Below, one piece after another: positions 11,084-19,632 of a stretch of DNA of 32,000 nt. The notes under the pieces were generated by a model, which saw only the letters and a program-made list of their open reading frames with translations, searched no databases and was not told the DNA's origin. Numbering within the stretch: the first letter of the stretch is position 1; every line of letters starts with the position of its first letter. This DNA is from Pasteurella multocida (GTDB taxonomy: Bacteria; Pseudomonadota; Gammaproteobacteria; Enterobacterales; Pasteurellaceae): assembly GCF_900187275.1 (NCBI RefSeq), contig NZ_LT906458.1:1-32000 (forward strand), given 5' to 3'. Position numbers and translations under genes: made by a program.

Positions 11084-11752
11084 TTAGCGTTGCTCCATTG
11101 CATCAATTTCTGAAATTGCTCCTTTAAATACACAAGGTGGTTCAACACCATAAGCCTTTAGTCCAGTTAATTGTAAAGCACCAGTTAAGTAGTCAGCAGG
11201 CATACGGATAGGATAGGCTATTTGTAGGAGTTTTTGAGCGCCAGATAAAGTAATTAGATAAGCTGTTGCACACATGATTGCACGTTTAGACGTTTTAGAG
11301 GGTTTACGATAGTGAACTAAACGGTAATTTTCGACAAGTGTTTTTTTCCAGCAATAACTTTTTGCTTTACCATGATCATAAAATAAAATTTCAACATTTT
11401 TTGAAACTTTCTTCAAACTGTCTTTTACAATTGCTTCGAATTCGTGCGATACAATCGCATCATCTTCAAGAATAATAGCGCGCGCTATCTTTTCATTGCA
11501 CATCATTTGGTAAATAGATAAATGGCTCATAGCACAACCTATTTCACCGACTGTCAGAGGTTTACGAGCAGCAAATCGTTGTGGGTAAAACGTGTAATCT
11601 ATGTTATTTAATTCATCCTGAGAAAGTGTTTTGCCATTAATACCATCAATAAACTTAAAGTTGAGTTTTAAACCATTTAACCGTTGAGCGATTATATCTC
11701 GTCGAGGAGAGTTTTTGAGGCTGATAACGAAAATTGGGGGGAACTGTTCCAT
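11084..11752 (-). CDS. Glycosyltransferase family 25 protein (LPS biosynthesis)
   Basis: 222-aa ORF: IFVISLKNSPRRDIIAQRL, VGEIGCAMSHLSIYQMM, RAIILEDDAIVSHEF. Confidence 0.88.
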   Translation of the reverse strand: MEQFPPIFVISLKNSPRRDIIAQRLNGLKLNFKFIDGINGKTLSQDELNNIDYTFYPQRFAARKPLTVGEIGCAMSHLSIYQMMCNEKIARAIILEDDAIVSHEFEAIVKDSLKKVSKNVEILFYDHGKAKSYCWKKTLVENYRLVHYRKPSKTSKRAIMCATAYLITLSGAQKLLQIAYPIRMPADYLTGALQLTGLKAYGVEPPCVFKGAISEIDAMEQR

Positions 11753-11773
11753 TTGATCCGTCCTTATATGTAA

Positions 11774-11800
11774 TTAAACCCTGTAAAAAACAGGGTTTAA
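11774..11800 (-). terminator. Hairpin between rpmE and the downstream GT25 gene (weak terminator or attenuator)
   Basis: TTAAACCCTG-TAAAAAA-CAGGGTTTAA perfect 10-bp stem, followed on the minus strand by TTACATAT rather than a clean T tract. Confidence 0.5.
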
Positions 11801-11814
11801 CTTAATTTCATATT

Positions 11815-12027
11815 TTATTTCGTACTTGGAATACTAAAACGTTTGTTAAAGCGTTCTACACGACCACCGGTATCAACAACACGTTGTTTACCTGTATAGA
11901 ATGGGTGGCAGTTGCCACAGACGTCTAAGTTTAAATCTTTACCCACAGTTGAGCGAGTTTTAATGACATTACCGCAAGAACATGTTGCTGTAACTTCTAC
12001 ATAATTAGGATGAATACCTTGTTTCAT
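11815..12027 (-). CDS. rpmE: 50S ribosomal protein L31 (bL31)
   Basis: [64 protein letters not shown]; zinc-binding Cys residues conserved. Confidence 0.97.
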   Translation of the reverse strand: MKQGIHPNYVEVTATCSCGNVIKTRSTVGKDLNLDVCGNCHPFYTGKQRVVDTGGRVERFNKRFSIPSTK

Positions 12028-12129
12028 AGAAAACCTCGATTTGAAGCCACGCCGCTATCAAGTTCAAGGACTGACACCGCGTGTAATTAATATTACGCCA
12101 TAAATGGCAGTTTGTATGTAAGGGTGCAG

Positions 12130-12158
12130 ATTGTACAAAAAAAGGGACAGTCTTGCAA
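12130..12158 (-). promoter_or_regulatory. Predicted sigma-70 promoter for rpmE
   Basis: Reverse strand TTGCAA - 17 nt - TACAAT; leaves roughly a 95-nt leader before the rpmE ATG. Confidence 0.7.
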
Positions 12159-12246
12159 GTGTAGGACTATTGGAATGGACAGTAAAAAATGAAAGTGCTA
12201 TATTTCAAACAATTTATTTGAGTTTTATCCCTTTAATTAATTTGTA

Positions 12247-13089
12247 ATGCCTATGACTAACTATGTAATTAGCCTTTCATCAGCCAGAGAGCGTAGACAA
12301 CACGTAATGAATGAGTTCTCTAAGCATCATGTACCGTTTCAATTTTTTGATGCAGTTAGTCCTTCTTCTCAATTAGATTTCCTTATTCAAAGATTGGTTC
12401 CAAATCTGAATGGAACATCGCTGACTGGTGGTGAAAAAGGCTGTCTAATCAGTCATGTAGCATTGTGGCATAAATGTATTCAAGATAATTTACCTTATAT
12501 CGCTATTTTTGAAGATGACATCCTTTTAGGAAGAGATGCAAGGGCGTTTTTAGCTGAAGATGAATGGCTATTTTCTCGTTTTAACTGCGATGATATTTTT
12601 ATTATTCGTTTAGAAACATTTTTGCAAGAAACAATATGTGAAGCGCTTCCTAATCCAGTGTCATATTGTGGAAGAGATTTTCTGGCCTTGAAAGATGAAC
12701 ACTTGGGAACTGCTGGCTATATCATTTCTTTGGGTGCAGCTAAATATTTATTAGAGATATTCAAAAATATGGAAAGTAATAATATCTTTCCTATCGATCA
12801 TTTGATTTTTAATCGTTTTCTTGCAGGTGAAGAATTGATGGTTTATCAACTCTCGCCTGCACTTTGTATCCAAGAGTTACAATTGAACGAAAATGAATCT
12901 CTATTGGACAGTCAGTTAGAATCTGAGCGAAAAAATTATCGATTAGCTGAAAAGGCTAGAAACAAGAAAACTTGGAGAGAAAAAGTATATCATATATTTA
13001 CTAAGCCACAGAGAATGCTAAAAAAGAGAAAAGAGCGAGCAGAAAAAAATGCAAAAATGAAATTGAAATGTATTGTGAAATTTGAATAA
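12247..13089 (+). CDS. Glycosyltransferase family 25 protein (LPS outer core)
   Basis: 280-aa ORF: YVISLSSARERRQHVMNEF, GGEKGCLISHVALWHKCI, YIAIFEDDILLG. Start could also be the in-frame ATG at 12253. Confidence 0.88.
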   Translation: MPMTNYVISLSSARERRQHVMNEFSKHHVPFQFFDAVSPSSQLDFLIQRLVPNLNGTSLTGGEKGCLISHVALWHKCIQDNLPYIAIFEDDILLGRDARAFLAEDEWLFSRFNCDDIFIIRLETFLQETICEALPNPVSYCGRDFLALKDEHLGTAGYIISLGAAKYLLEIFKNMESNNIFPIDHLIFNRFLAGEELMVYQLSPALCIQELQLNENESLLDSQLESERKNYRLAEKARNKKTWREKVYHIFTKPQRMLKKRKERAEKNAKMKLKCIVKFE

Positions 13090-13118
13090 AAATATCTTTT
13101 TATTTGAGGGATGTCGTT

Positions 13119-14132
13119 ATGAGCTATTTGGATCAACCATTAGTTTCAGTATTAATCTGTGCTTATAATGCAGATAAATACATAGAAGAGTGTATTGACG
13201 CGATTTTAAATCAAACATATAAAAATCTAGAAATAGTTGTTGTGAATGATGGTTCAACAGACACTACTTTGTCAAAGCTTCATTATTTTGCTGAAAAAGA
13301 TCCTAGAATTAAAATTATTAATAATGAAGAAAATAAGGGTTTCATTGTTTCGCTAAATATAGGGATTTCCTCTATCAATGGTGATTATTTAGCGCGAACA
13401 GATGCTGATGATATTACGAAACCTGAATGGATTGAAAAAATTTTAGGATATATGTTGTCTCATCCCCAAATTATTGCAATGGGATCGTATCTAACTATTT
13501 TGTCAGAAGATGGGAATGGGAGTAATTTAGCTAATTATTATGAACATGGTGACGAGTGGAGAAATCCTTTAAGTCATAGAGAGATTGTTGAGGCAATGTT
13601 ATTCCGTAATCCTATTCATAATAACTCGATGATTGTAAAAAGTACTGTCTTTAGAGAGCATGGATTACGCTTTGATCCTGCTTATCAACATACTGAAGAT
13701 TACCAATTTTGGTTAGAAGTGAGCCGTTTGGGAGAATTGGCAAATTATCCTGAATCTTTAGTTTATTATCGTCTACACAATACACAAACTTCTTCTTTAC
13801 ATAATAAATATCAAAATCTCATGGCAAAGAAAATTAGAAAAAGAGCGATCAATTATTATTTGCAAGATTTGGGTATTATTCATAGGCTAGGTGAAGATAT
13901 ATTTTTCCATGATATTAAAACGATTCAGGCAGAACTGGCTAGCTTATCACTTTTAGATAATTGTATTATTAAAAGAATACTGTATGATTGTTATTTATCA
14001 TTAGTGGATAATAAATTAATAAATATTCTTTATTTTTTGAGAGATAAAAACAATTCATATTTCAATAGAAAACAGAAAATAAAGATTATCAAAAGAATTA
14101 TCCGTCCTTATAAATATGAGTCTGTATTGTGA
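13119..14132 (+). CDS. Glycosyltransferase family 2 protein
   Basis: MSYLDQPLVSVLICAYNADKYIEECIDAILNQTYKNLEIVVVNDGSTDTT... DGDYLARTDADD motif; ORF track start at 13104 is a TTG, ATG at 13119 preferred. Confidence 0.9.
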   Translation: MSYLDQPLVSVLICAYNADKYIEECIDAILNQTYKNLEIVVVNDGSTDTTLSKLHYFAEKDPRIKIINNEENKGFIVSLNIGISSINGDYLARTDADDITKPEWIEKILGYMLSHPQIIAMGSYLTILSEDGNGSNLANYYEHGDEWRNPLSHREIVEAMLFRNPIHNNSMIVKSTVFREHGLRFDPAYQHTEDYQFWLEVSRLGELANYPESLVYYRLHNTQTSSLHNKYQNLMAKKIRKRAINYYLQDLGIIHRLGEDIFFHDIKTIQAELASLSLLDNCIIKRILYDCYLSLVDNKLINILYFLRDKNNSYFNRKQKIKIIKRIIRPYKYESVL

Positions 14133-14140
14133 GATGATAT

Positions 14141-15049
14141 ATGAATATTTTATTTGTTTCTGATGATGTTTATGCTAAACATCTGGTGGTTGCGATTAAA
14201 AGCATTATAAATCATAATGAAAAAGGTATTTCATTTTATATTTTTGATTTGGGTATAAAGGATGAAAATAAGAGAAATATTAATGATATTGTTTCTTCTT
14301 ATGGAAGTGAAGTCAACTTTATTGCTGTGAATGAGAAAGAATTTGAGAGTTTTCCTGTTCAAATTAGTTATATTTCTTTAGCAACATATGCAAGGCTAAA
14401 AGCGGCAGAGTATTTGCCGGATAATTTAAATAAAATTATTTATTTAGATGTTGATGTTTTGGTTTTTAACTCATTAGAAATGTTATGGAATGTTGATGTT
14501 AATAATTTTCTTACCGCAGCCTGTTATGATTCTTTCATCGAAAATGAAAAGTCTGAGCATAAAAAATCGATTTCAATGTCAGATAAGGAATATTATTTTA
14601 ATGCAGGAGTAATGCTATTTAATTTAGATGAATGGCGGAAGATGGATGTATTCTCAAGAGCTTTAGACCTGTTAGCTATGTATCCTAATCAAATGATTTA
14701 TCAGGATCAAGATATATTGAATATCCTTTTTAGGAATAAAGTCTGTTATTTAGATTGCAGATTTAATTTCATGCCAAATCAACTTGAAAGAATAAAACAA
14801 TACCATAAAGGAAAATTGAGCAACTTACATTCTTTAGAAAAAACAACGATGCCTGTCGTTATTTCACATTATTGTGGTCCAGAAAAAGCGTGGCATGCGG
14901 ATTGTAAACATTTTAATGTATATTTCTATCAGAAAATATTAGCAGAAATAACGAGAGGCACGGATAAAGAACGCGTATTATCTATAAAAACTTATCTCAA
15001 GGCCTTGATTAGAAGGATTAGATATAAATTCAAATATCAAGTCTATTAA
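14141..15049 (+). CDS. Glycosyltransferase family 8 protein (LgtC/WaaJ-like hexosyltransferase)
   Basis: 302-aa ORF: MNILFVSDDVYAKHLVVAIKSI, ARLKAAEYLPDNLNKIIYLDVDVLVF (DxD), YFNAGVMLFNLDEWR, YQDQDILN, HYCGPEKAW. Confidence 0.9.
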   Translation: MNILFVSDDVYAKHLVVAIKSIINHNEKGISFYIFDLGIKDENKRNINDIVSSYGSEVNFIAVNEKEFESFPVQISYISLATYARLKAAEYLPDNLNKIIYLDVDVLVFNSLEMLWNVDVNNFLTAACYDSFIENEKSEHKKSISMSDKEYYFNAGVMLFNLDEWRKMDVFSRALDLLAMYPNQMIYQDQDILNILFRNKVCYLDCRFNFMPNQLERIKQYHKGKLSNLHSLEKTTMPVVISHYCGPEKAWHADCKHFNVYFYQKILAEITRGTDKERVLSIKTYLKALIRRIRYKFKYQVY

Positions 15050-16239
15050 CTATTGAATTTTTGCAAATGAGATAAGAGTATAGTGCTGATTTCTTCAAAG
15101 CGAAAAGGAGAAATAGCTTGTTCTAATTTATTACAATAATGGTTGTATTCATCTTGATTTTGAAGGAAAGAGAGTGTTTTTTGTATAAAAGCATTTTCGT
15201 CACCTAAATTTACTAATCCTCCAAATTCTCCTCCTCGGAGAATTTCTTTCGGACCGGTAGGGCAGTCCATGGATATTACAGGTGTACCGCAAGCCATGCT
15301 TTCTAGGATAACTGTCGGTAACCCCTCTTTCAAAGAGGTGTGTAAAAATAGCTTAGCATTTTTTATTAATGGATACGGATTATCTTTATTTCCTAAAAGA
15401 AAACAATCTTCTTGTAGATTGAGTGATTCTATTTGTTTCTCTAATTTTTCTCGACACTCACCATCCCAAACAATATATAATTTTTCTTGGATACCTCGTT
15501 TTTTTAATTGATAATAAATATTAATCATTTGTTCATGATTCTTATCTATATCTAAACGAGAAACGTTAATTAAGTATTGTTTATGATGAATGTCATGGGT
15601 ATTTTTGATTGATTGTTCCTGGATAAAATTAATATCAATAGGATTGTATAAGATATGTATTCTTTCTTCTTGGATCCCGTAAGATAGTAAGATTTTTTGA
15701 GCATTTTTTTGCATTTCTTTTGTAATTGCAAAGAAATAAGTGTGTTTAGGAAGAATGTTTTGGTACCATTCTCTTCTGTTGCACCAGTCATCTAAATGAG
15801 CTTGACCGTGTATCCAACGAATTATCGGGATGTTAATTTGATTGTTTGATAAGAAGAAATCAAGGTGTGAGTTAAAATTAACAATTAAATCAAATTCCTT
15901 GTTTTTAATGTATTTTTTTATTCTATTTTCTTCTATCTTATTAATTTTTGATAGTTTGTATTTATATATTTTTCTGAAGATGCTGCGCTGATTTATTTTA
16001 TTTTAAAATTCAGTATATTTTCTTGACTCACTATTGTCTAGAATAAAATCTATATTAATATTTTTATTGATTTGATTGATGTTTTTGTTATCTTCACCTT
16101 TATTTTCTAGTAAAAGTAATGTAACTTTGAATTCATTAAATCCAGATAGAATATTTAAATAGTTAATTAGAATTCTTTCAGCGCCTCCGACGACAAGGCT
16201 TTTATGTACAAATAGAATATTCATTTTGAACTTTTTCAT
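15046..16239 (-). pseudogene. Glycosyltransferase family 4 gene interrupted by a single in-frame stop codon
   Basis: N-terminal part (16239..16003) MKKFKMNILFVHKSLVVGGAERILINYLN...YTEF* continues in the same frame after the stop: NKINQRSIFRKIYKYKLSKINKIEENRIKKYIKNKEFDLIVNFNSHLDFFLSNNQINIPIIRWIHGQAHLDDWCNRREWYQNILPKHTYFFAITKEMQKNAQK..., joining the 15046..15714 ORF (LVNVSRLDIDKNHE-type core, ESMACGTPVISMDCPTGPKEIL). Confidence 0.85.
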
Positions 16240-16379
16240 TCCTTTTTTGTAATCAACAGGTTTTTTATTGAAGATTTGTTATGAGAAGAATTACTCTATG
16301 GCATATAATATAACAAAAATTATTCAATTTGAATGAAATGCATACAGGTTCTGTGTGAATTATTGGCAGAGTAAAAAAC

Positions 16380-18593
16380 ATGCAACTCATCCGTGTGGCA
16401 CTGGCAGTGCCGTTATATCGTTTTTTTGATTATCTTTTACCTCCCGAGCTTGATGCTGTGATTGGGGGACGTGTCGTTGTGCCTTTTGGTAGGCAACAGC
16501 GTGTTGGGATTGTGGTGGCATTGCCTGTGGAAACAGAGGTTGAAACGGCGCAATTAAAGTCAGTAATTGAGGTGTTGGATACTCAAAGCGTGTTTAATCA
16601 AGATATGTGGCAGTTATTGCATTGGGCTGCTGGCTATTATCAAACTGCATTGGGTGAAGTGTTATTTCAAGCGTTGCCTGTCAAACTTAGACAGGGGGAA
16701 AGTGCGGTTGAAAAAGCGAAAATTTTTTGGCAATTGACCGAATGTGGTCTGCAAGCATTGGCACAACACACTGACAGCGGGGAGTTTAAGCGGGCAAAAA
16801 AACAGCTTGAGGTTCTCATTGCGTTATCTCAAACCCCACTAGAAAAAGGCAATAATCCGTTTAATAGCGCGATTTTCTCAACTCTTAAACAAAAAGATTA
16901 CGTAGAAGACGTTGAGGTTCAACCGCAGTTACACGCATGGCAGACCGATTTCACCGATAAACCGATGGTGAATGACGAAAATCGATTGCGGCTAAATAAG
17001 CAACAAGCATTAGCTTTCAGTCAATTAGTGTTTCATCAAGGATTTGCGGTGTGGTTACTCGATGGTGTAACAGGGTCAGGAAAAACCGAGATTTATTTGC
17101 AACTGATTGAAGAGGTGTTGAAAAAAGGCAAACAAATATTAGTGCTTGTGCCTGAAATTGGCTTAACACCACAAACAGTACAACGTTTTGCCGCTCGTTT
17201 TCAGGTGGTGATTGATGTATTGCATTCTAATCTAAATGATACCCAACGTTTGGCAGTATGGCAGCGTGCAAGAACTGGACAAAGTGCGGTTGTCATCGGC
17301 ACAAGATCCGCATTATTTACGCAATTTGCTGATTTAGGATTGATTGTTATTGATGAAGAGCATGATGCCTCTTTCAAACAACAAGATAATTTCCGTTATC
17401 ATGCTCGTGACTTGTCGGTTGTATTGGCGAAACAGTTAAATATTCCAGTGTTAATGGGGTCAGCGACACCGAGTTTAGAAAGTCTAAATAATGTTCATAA
17501 TGGCAAGTATCGCCATATTATTTTATCAAACAGAGCGGGTAATGCTGCATTACTACGTCATTCTGTGATCGACTTAAAGCAACAAGTTGTGCGTAATGGC
17601 TTATCTGAAGCGTTGTTACAGCGAATGGAAAAGCACCTACAAAAAGGTAACCAAGTGTTACTTTTTTTAAATCGGCGTGGTTTTGCTCCTGTGATGTTAT
17701 GCCATGAATGTGGGTGGATTGCCGAATGCCAACATTGTGAGAAACCTTATACTTATCATCAACATCAGCGTGCTTTACGCTGTCATCACTGTGCGGCACA
17801 AAAACCGATTCCGCGGCAGTGTGGGCATTGTGGGTCCACACATTTGATCACCACTGGGTTAGGAACTGAGCAATTAGAGCAAACTTTAGCAAGTCGTTTT
17901 CCACAATATCAAATTACGCGTATTGATCGTGATAGTACGGCACGAAAAGGCAAATTAGAGGATTATCTCACCGATATTCAACAGGGGAAAAGTCAGATTC
18001 TGATTGGTACACAAATGCTCGCAAAAGGACACCATTTTCCTAATGTGACGTTGGTGGCGTTAGTGAACGTGGATAGTGCCTTATTCTCTTTAGATTTTCG
18101 TGCAGAAGAGCGCTTGGCACAACTTTATGTACAAGTGGCAGGTCGTGCAGGTCGTGTGGAGAAACAAGGGGAAGTGGTGCTACAAACCCATTACCCAGAT
18201 CATCCATTATTACAGCGTTTGTTGCAGCAAGGTTATGCAGATTTTGCAGAGTACGCGTTACAATTACGACAAAAAATGGGCTTGCCACCGTTTAGTGCAC
18301 AAGCATTGTTTAAAGCACAAAGCCGGCATTCAGAAGACGCCGAGCAAGTCTTGCAGCAAGTTGCTGAGTATTTTTACACTTGGAATCAAAGCTCGCAGTG
18401 TGCGATACAAATTTTAGGACCGATTGCGGCACCTTTCAGTAAAAAAGCTGGTCAATATCGTTGGCAATTATTGCTACAACATCCTTCCAGAGCCCAGTTA
18501 CACCATGCCTTATCGGCATTTCAAGCAACATCAACGATTAAATTCGGTTCAGTACGTTGTGTATTAGATGTGGATCCTATTGATTTAAATTAG
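16380..18593 (+). CDS. priA: Primosomal protein N' (replication restart helicase PriA)
   Basis: 737-aa ORF with LLDGVTGSGKTEIYLQLI, VIDEEHDASFKQQDNFRYHARD, paired CxxC zinc motifs (CHECGWIAECQHCEKPYTYH...CHHCAAQKPIPRQCGHCGS) and GRAGRVEKQGEV. Confidence 0.98.
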   Translation: MQLIRVALAVPLYRFFDYLLPPELDAVIGGRVVVPFGRQQRVGIVVALPVETEVETAQLKSVIEVLDTQSVFNQDMWQLLHWAAGYYQTALGEVLFQALPVKLRQGESAVEKAKIFWQLTECGLQALAQHTDSGEFKRAKKQLEVLIALSQTPLEKGNNPFNSAIFSTLKQKDYVEDVEVQPQLHAWQTDFTDKPMVNDENRLRLNKQQALAFSQLVFHQGFAVWLLDGVTGSGKTEIYLQLIEEVLKKGKQILVLVPEIGLTPQTVQRFAARFQVVIDVLHSNLNDTQRLAVWQRARTGQSAVVIGTRSALFTQFADLGLIVIDEEHDASFKQQDNFRYHARDLSVVLAKQLNIPVLMGSATPSLESLNNVHNGKYRHIILSNRAGNAALLRHSVIDLKQQVVRNGLSEALLQRMEKHLQKGNQVLLFLNRRGFAPVMLCHECGWIAECQHCEKPYTYHQHQRALRCHHCAAQKPIPRQCGHCGSTHLITTGLGTEQLEQTLASRFPQYQITRIDRDSTARKGKLEDYLTDIQQGKSQILIGTQMLAKGHHFPNVTLVALVNVDSALFSLDFRAEERLAQLYVQVAGRAGRVEKQGEVVLQTHYPDHPLLQRLLQQGYADFAEYALQLRQKMGLPPFSAQALFKAQSRHSEDAEQVLQQVAEYFYTWNQSSQCAIQILGPIAAPFSKKAGQYRWQLLLQHPSRAQLHHALSAFQATSTIKFGSVRCVLDVDPIDLN

Positions 18594-18670
18594 CTTGTGT
18601 TTGAGTTATAAGGGATTTTTCAGTAGAATTGTGCCAATTTTTATGAATGTTTTTAGGAATAGGTTTTAGC

Positions 18671-19480
18671 GTGGCAAGACGAAATTATGCCGGTCGTGGC
18701 AGTAGAAAGAAAAAGAAAGGAACAAGCAAAATGGTATTATTACTGTTAGTTGGGGTAATCATTGCCGTTTTCCTATCTGTGTTGATGTTGATGAAAGAGA
18801 AAACGCCAAAGGAAATTGTGGCGTTTCCTAAAAGTGAAAATCAATCAACGAAAAGTGTACTACCAAATCGTCCAGAAGAAGTTTGGAGTTATATTCAAGC
18901 ATTAGAAACGCGTACTGTACCTGTTACAGATGATCCAAAAATCTTAGATAAGAATATGCGTTTGACAGAAGAACAACGAAAAATTTTATTGGCGATGGAA
19001 CAAGAACAAAAAGCAACAGAACAGGCGCGTTTAAAACAACAAGAAGAACAGCGTAAAATAGAAGAGAGTAAAAAAGAAGAGAGTAAAAAAGACAATAGCG
19101 CAACGCTGATAAAAACAAACGAAACCCAAAATGGGCAAGCTAAGGCAGTCAATAAACCACAGACTACACCTGCTGTGATTGAAGTGAAAAAGGGAGAGCC
19201 GGTGAAAGAGGTGGTTAAAGTGGAACCGCCTAAAAAAGTCGAGGTTATCAATGCGACACCGAGTGAGAAAAAATATGGCTTACAATGTGGTGCATTTAAA
19301 AACAAAACGCAAGCAGAAAACTTGCAAGCGCGTTTAGCAATGTTAGGGCTCAATGCAAGGGTCAATTCTAATCAAGAATGGAATCGAGTAGTAATCGGAC
19401 CGGTAGGTGATCGCGCCTCAACCTTGAAAGCTCAAGAAAAAGCGAAAGCAATCGCACAGTGTGTGGTGATTGGTATGTAA
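18671..19480 (+). CDS. ftsN: Cell division protein FtsN (SPOR domain)
   Basis: VARRNYAGRGSRKKKKG N-terminus from the GTG at 18671, one TM segment, C-terminal SPOR domain YGLQCGAFKNKTQAENLQARLAMLGLNARV...; follows priA as in related genomes. Confidence 0.85.
   Translation: MARRNYAGRGSRKKKKGTSKMVLLLLVGVIIAVFLSVLMLMKEKTPKEIVAFPKSENQSTKSVLPNRPEEVWSYIQALETRTVPVTDDPKILDKNMRLTEEQRKILLAMEQEQKATEQARLKQQEEQRKIEESKKEESKKDNSATLIKTNETQNGQAKAVNKPQTTPAVIEVKKGEPVKEVVKVEPPKKVEVINATPSEKKYGLQCGAFKNKTQAENLQARLAMLGLNARVNSNQEWNRVVIGPVGDRASTLKAQEKAKAIAQCVVIGM
19061..19090 (+). repeat. 15-bp tandem duplication inside ftsN
   Basis: GAAGAGAGTAAAAAA repeated twice exactly, encoding EESKKEESKK. Confidence 0.9.
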
Positions 19481-19493
19481 ATGTGGTGTATGT

Positions 19494-19524
19494 AAAAAAA
19501 CGTGGGAGAATCCCACGTTTTTTT
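19494..19524 (+). terminator. Intrinsic terminator after ftsN
   Basis: AAAAAAACGTGGGA-GAA-TCCCACGTTTTTTT. Confidence 0.85.
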
Positions 19525-19534
19525 GTTTTTACAC

Positions 19535-19562
19535 TTGCTTAAATATTAAAAAGTCTTAAAAT
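19535..19562 (+). promoter_or_regulatory. Predicted promoter of the TetR/RND efflux cluster
   Basis: TTGCTT - 16 nt - TAAAAT; the -10 overlaps the palindrome at 19559..19578. Confidence 0.5.
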
Positions 19563-19578
19563 GAACGATCGTTCATTT
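19559..19578. promoter_or_regulatory. 20-bp perfect palindrome, probable TetR-family self-operator
   Basis: AAATGAACGATCGTTCATTT, overlapping the predicted -10 and lying 54 nt upstream of the preferred TetR start. Confidence 0.75.
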
Positions 19579-19632
19579 CAGAAATACAGATCTGTTTCTG
19601 ACTTTTTATTTCATTCATTTAGTGAACTTATT

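Noticed and set aside
11084-13089. Two GT25 genes as a recent local duplication
   Set aside because: The two proteins share only family-level motifs and differ widely elsewhere, and lie on opposite strands; a recent duplication is not supported.
15570-15791. 73-aa ORF 15570..15791 on the minus strand
   Set aside because: Out-of-frame reading of the GT4 gene body; the real frame through this interval is the one joining the two GT4 pieces.
12247-16239. Phase-variable simple repeats (tetranucleotide or homopolymer tracts) at glycosyltransferase starts
   Set aside because: Looked for Haemophilus-style tetranucleotide repeats or long G/C tracts; only ordinary short A/T runs are present.
17518-18417. 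Antisense or alternative-frame ORFs inside priA (17518..17841 -, 18040..18288 -, 18100..18417 +)
   Set aside because: They lie entirely within the well-supported priA frame, have no recognisable domain and low-complexity, unusual composition.
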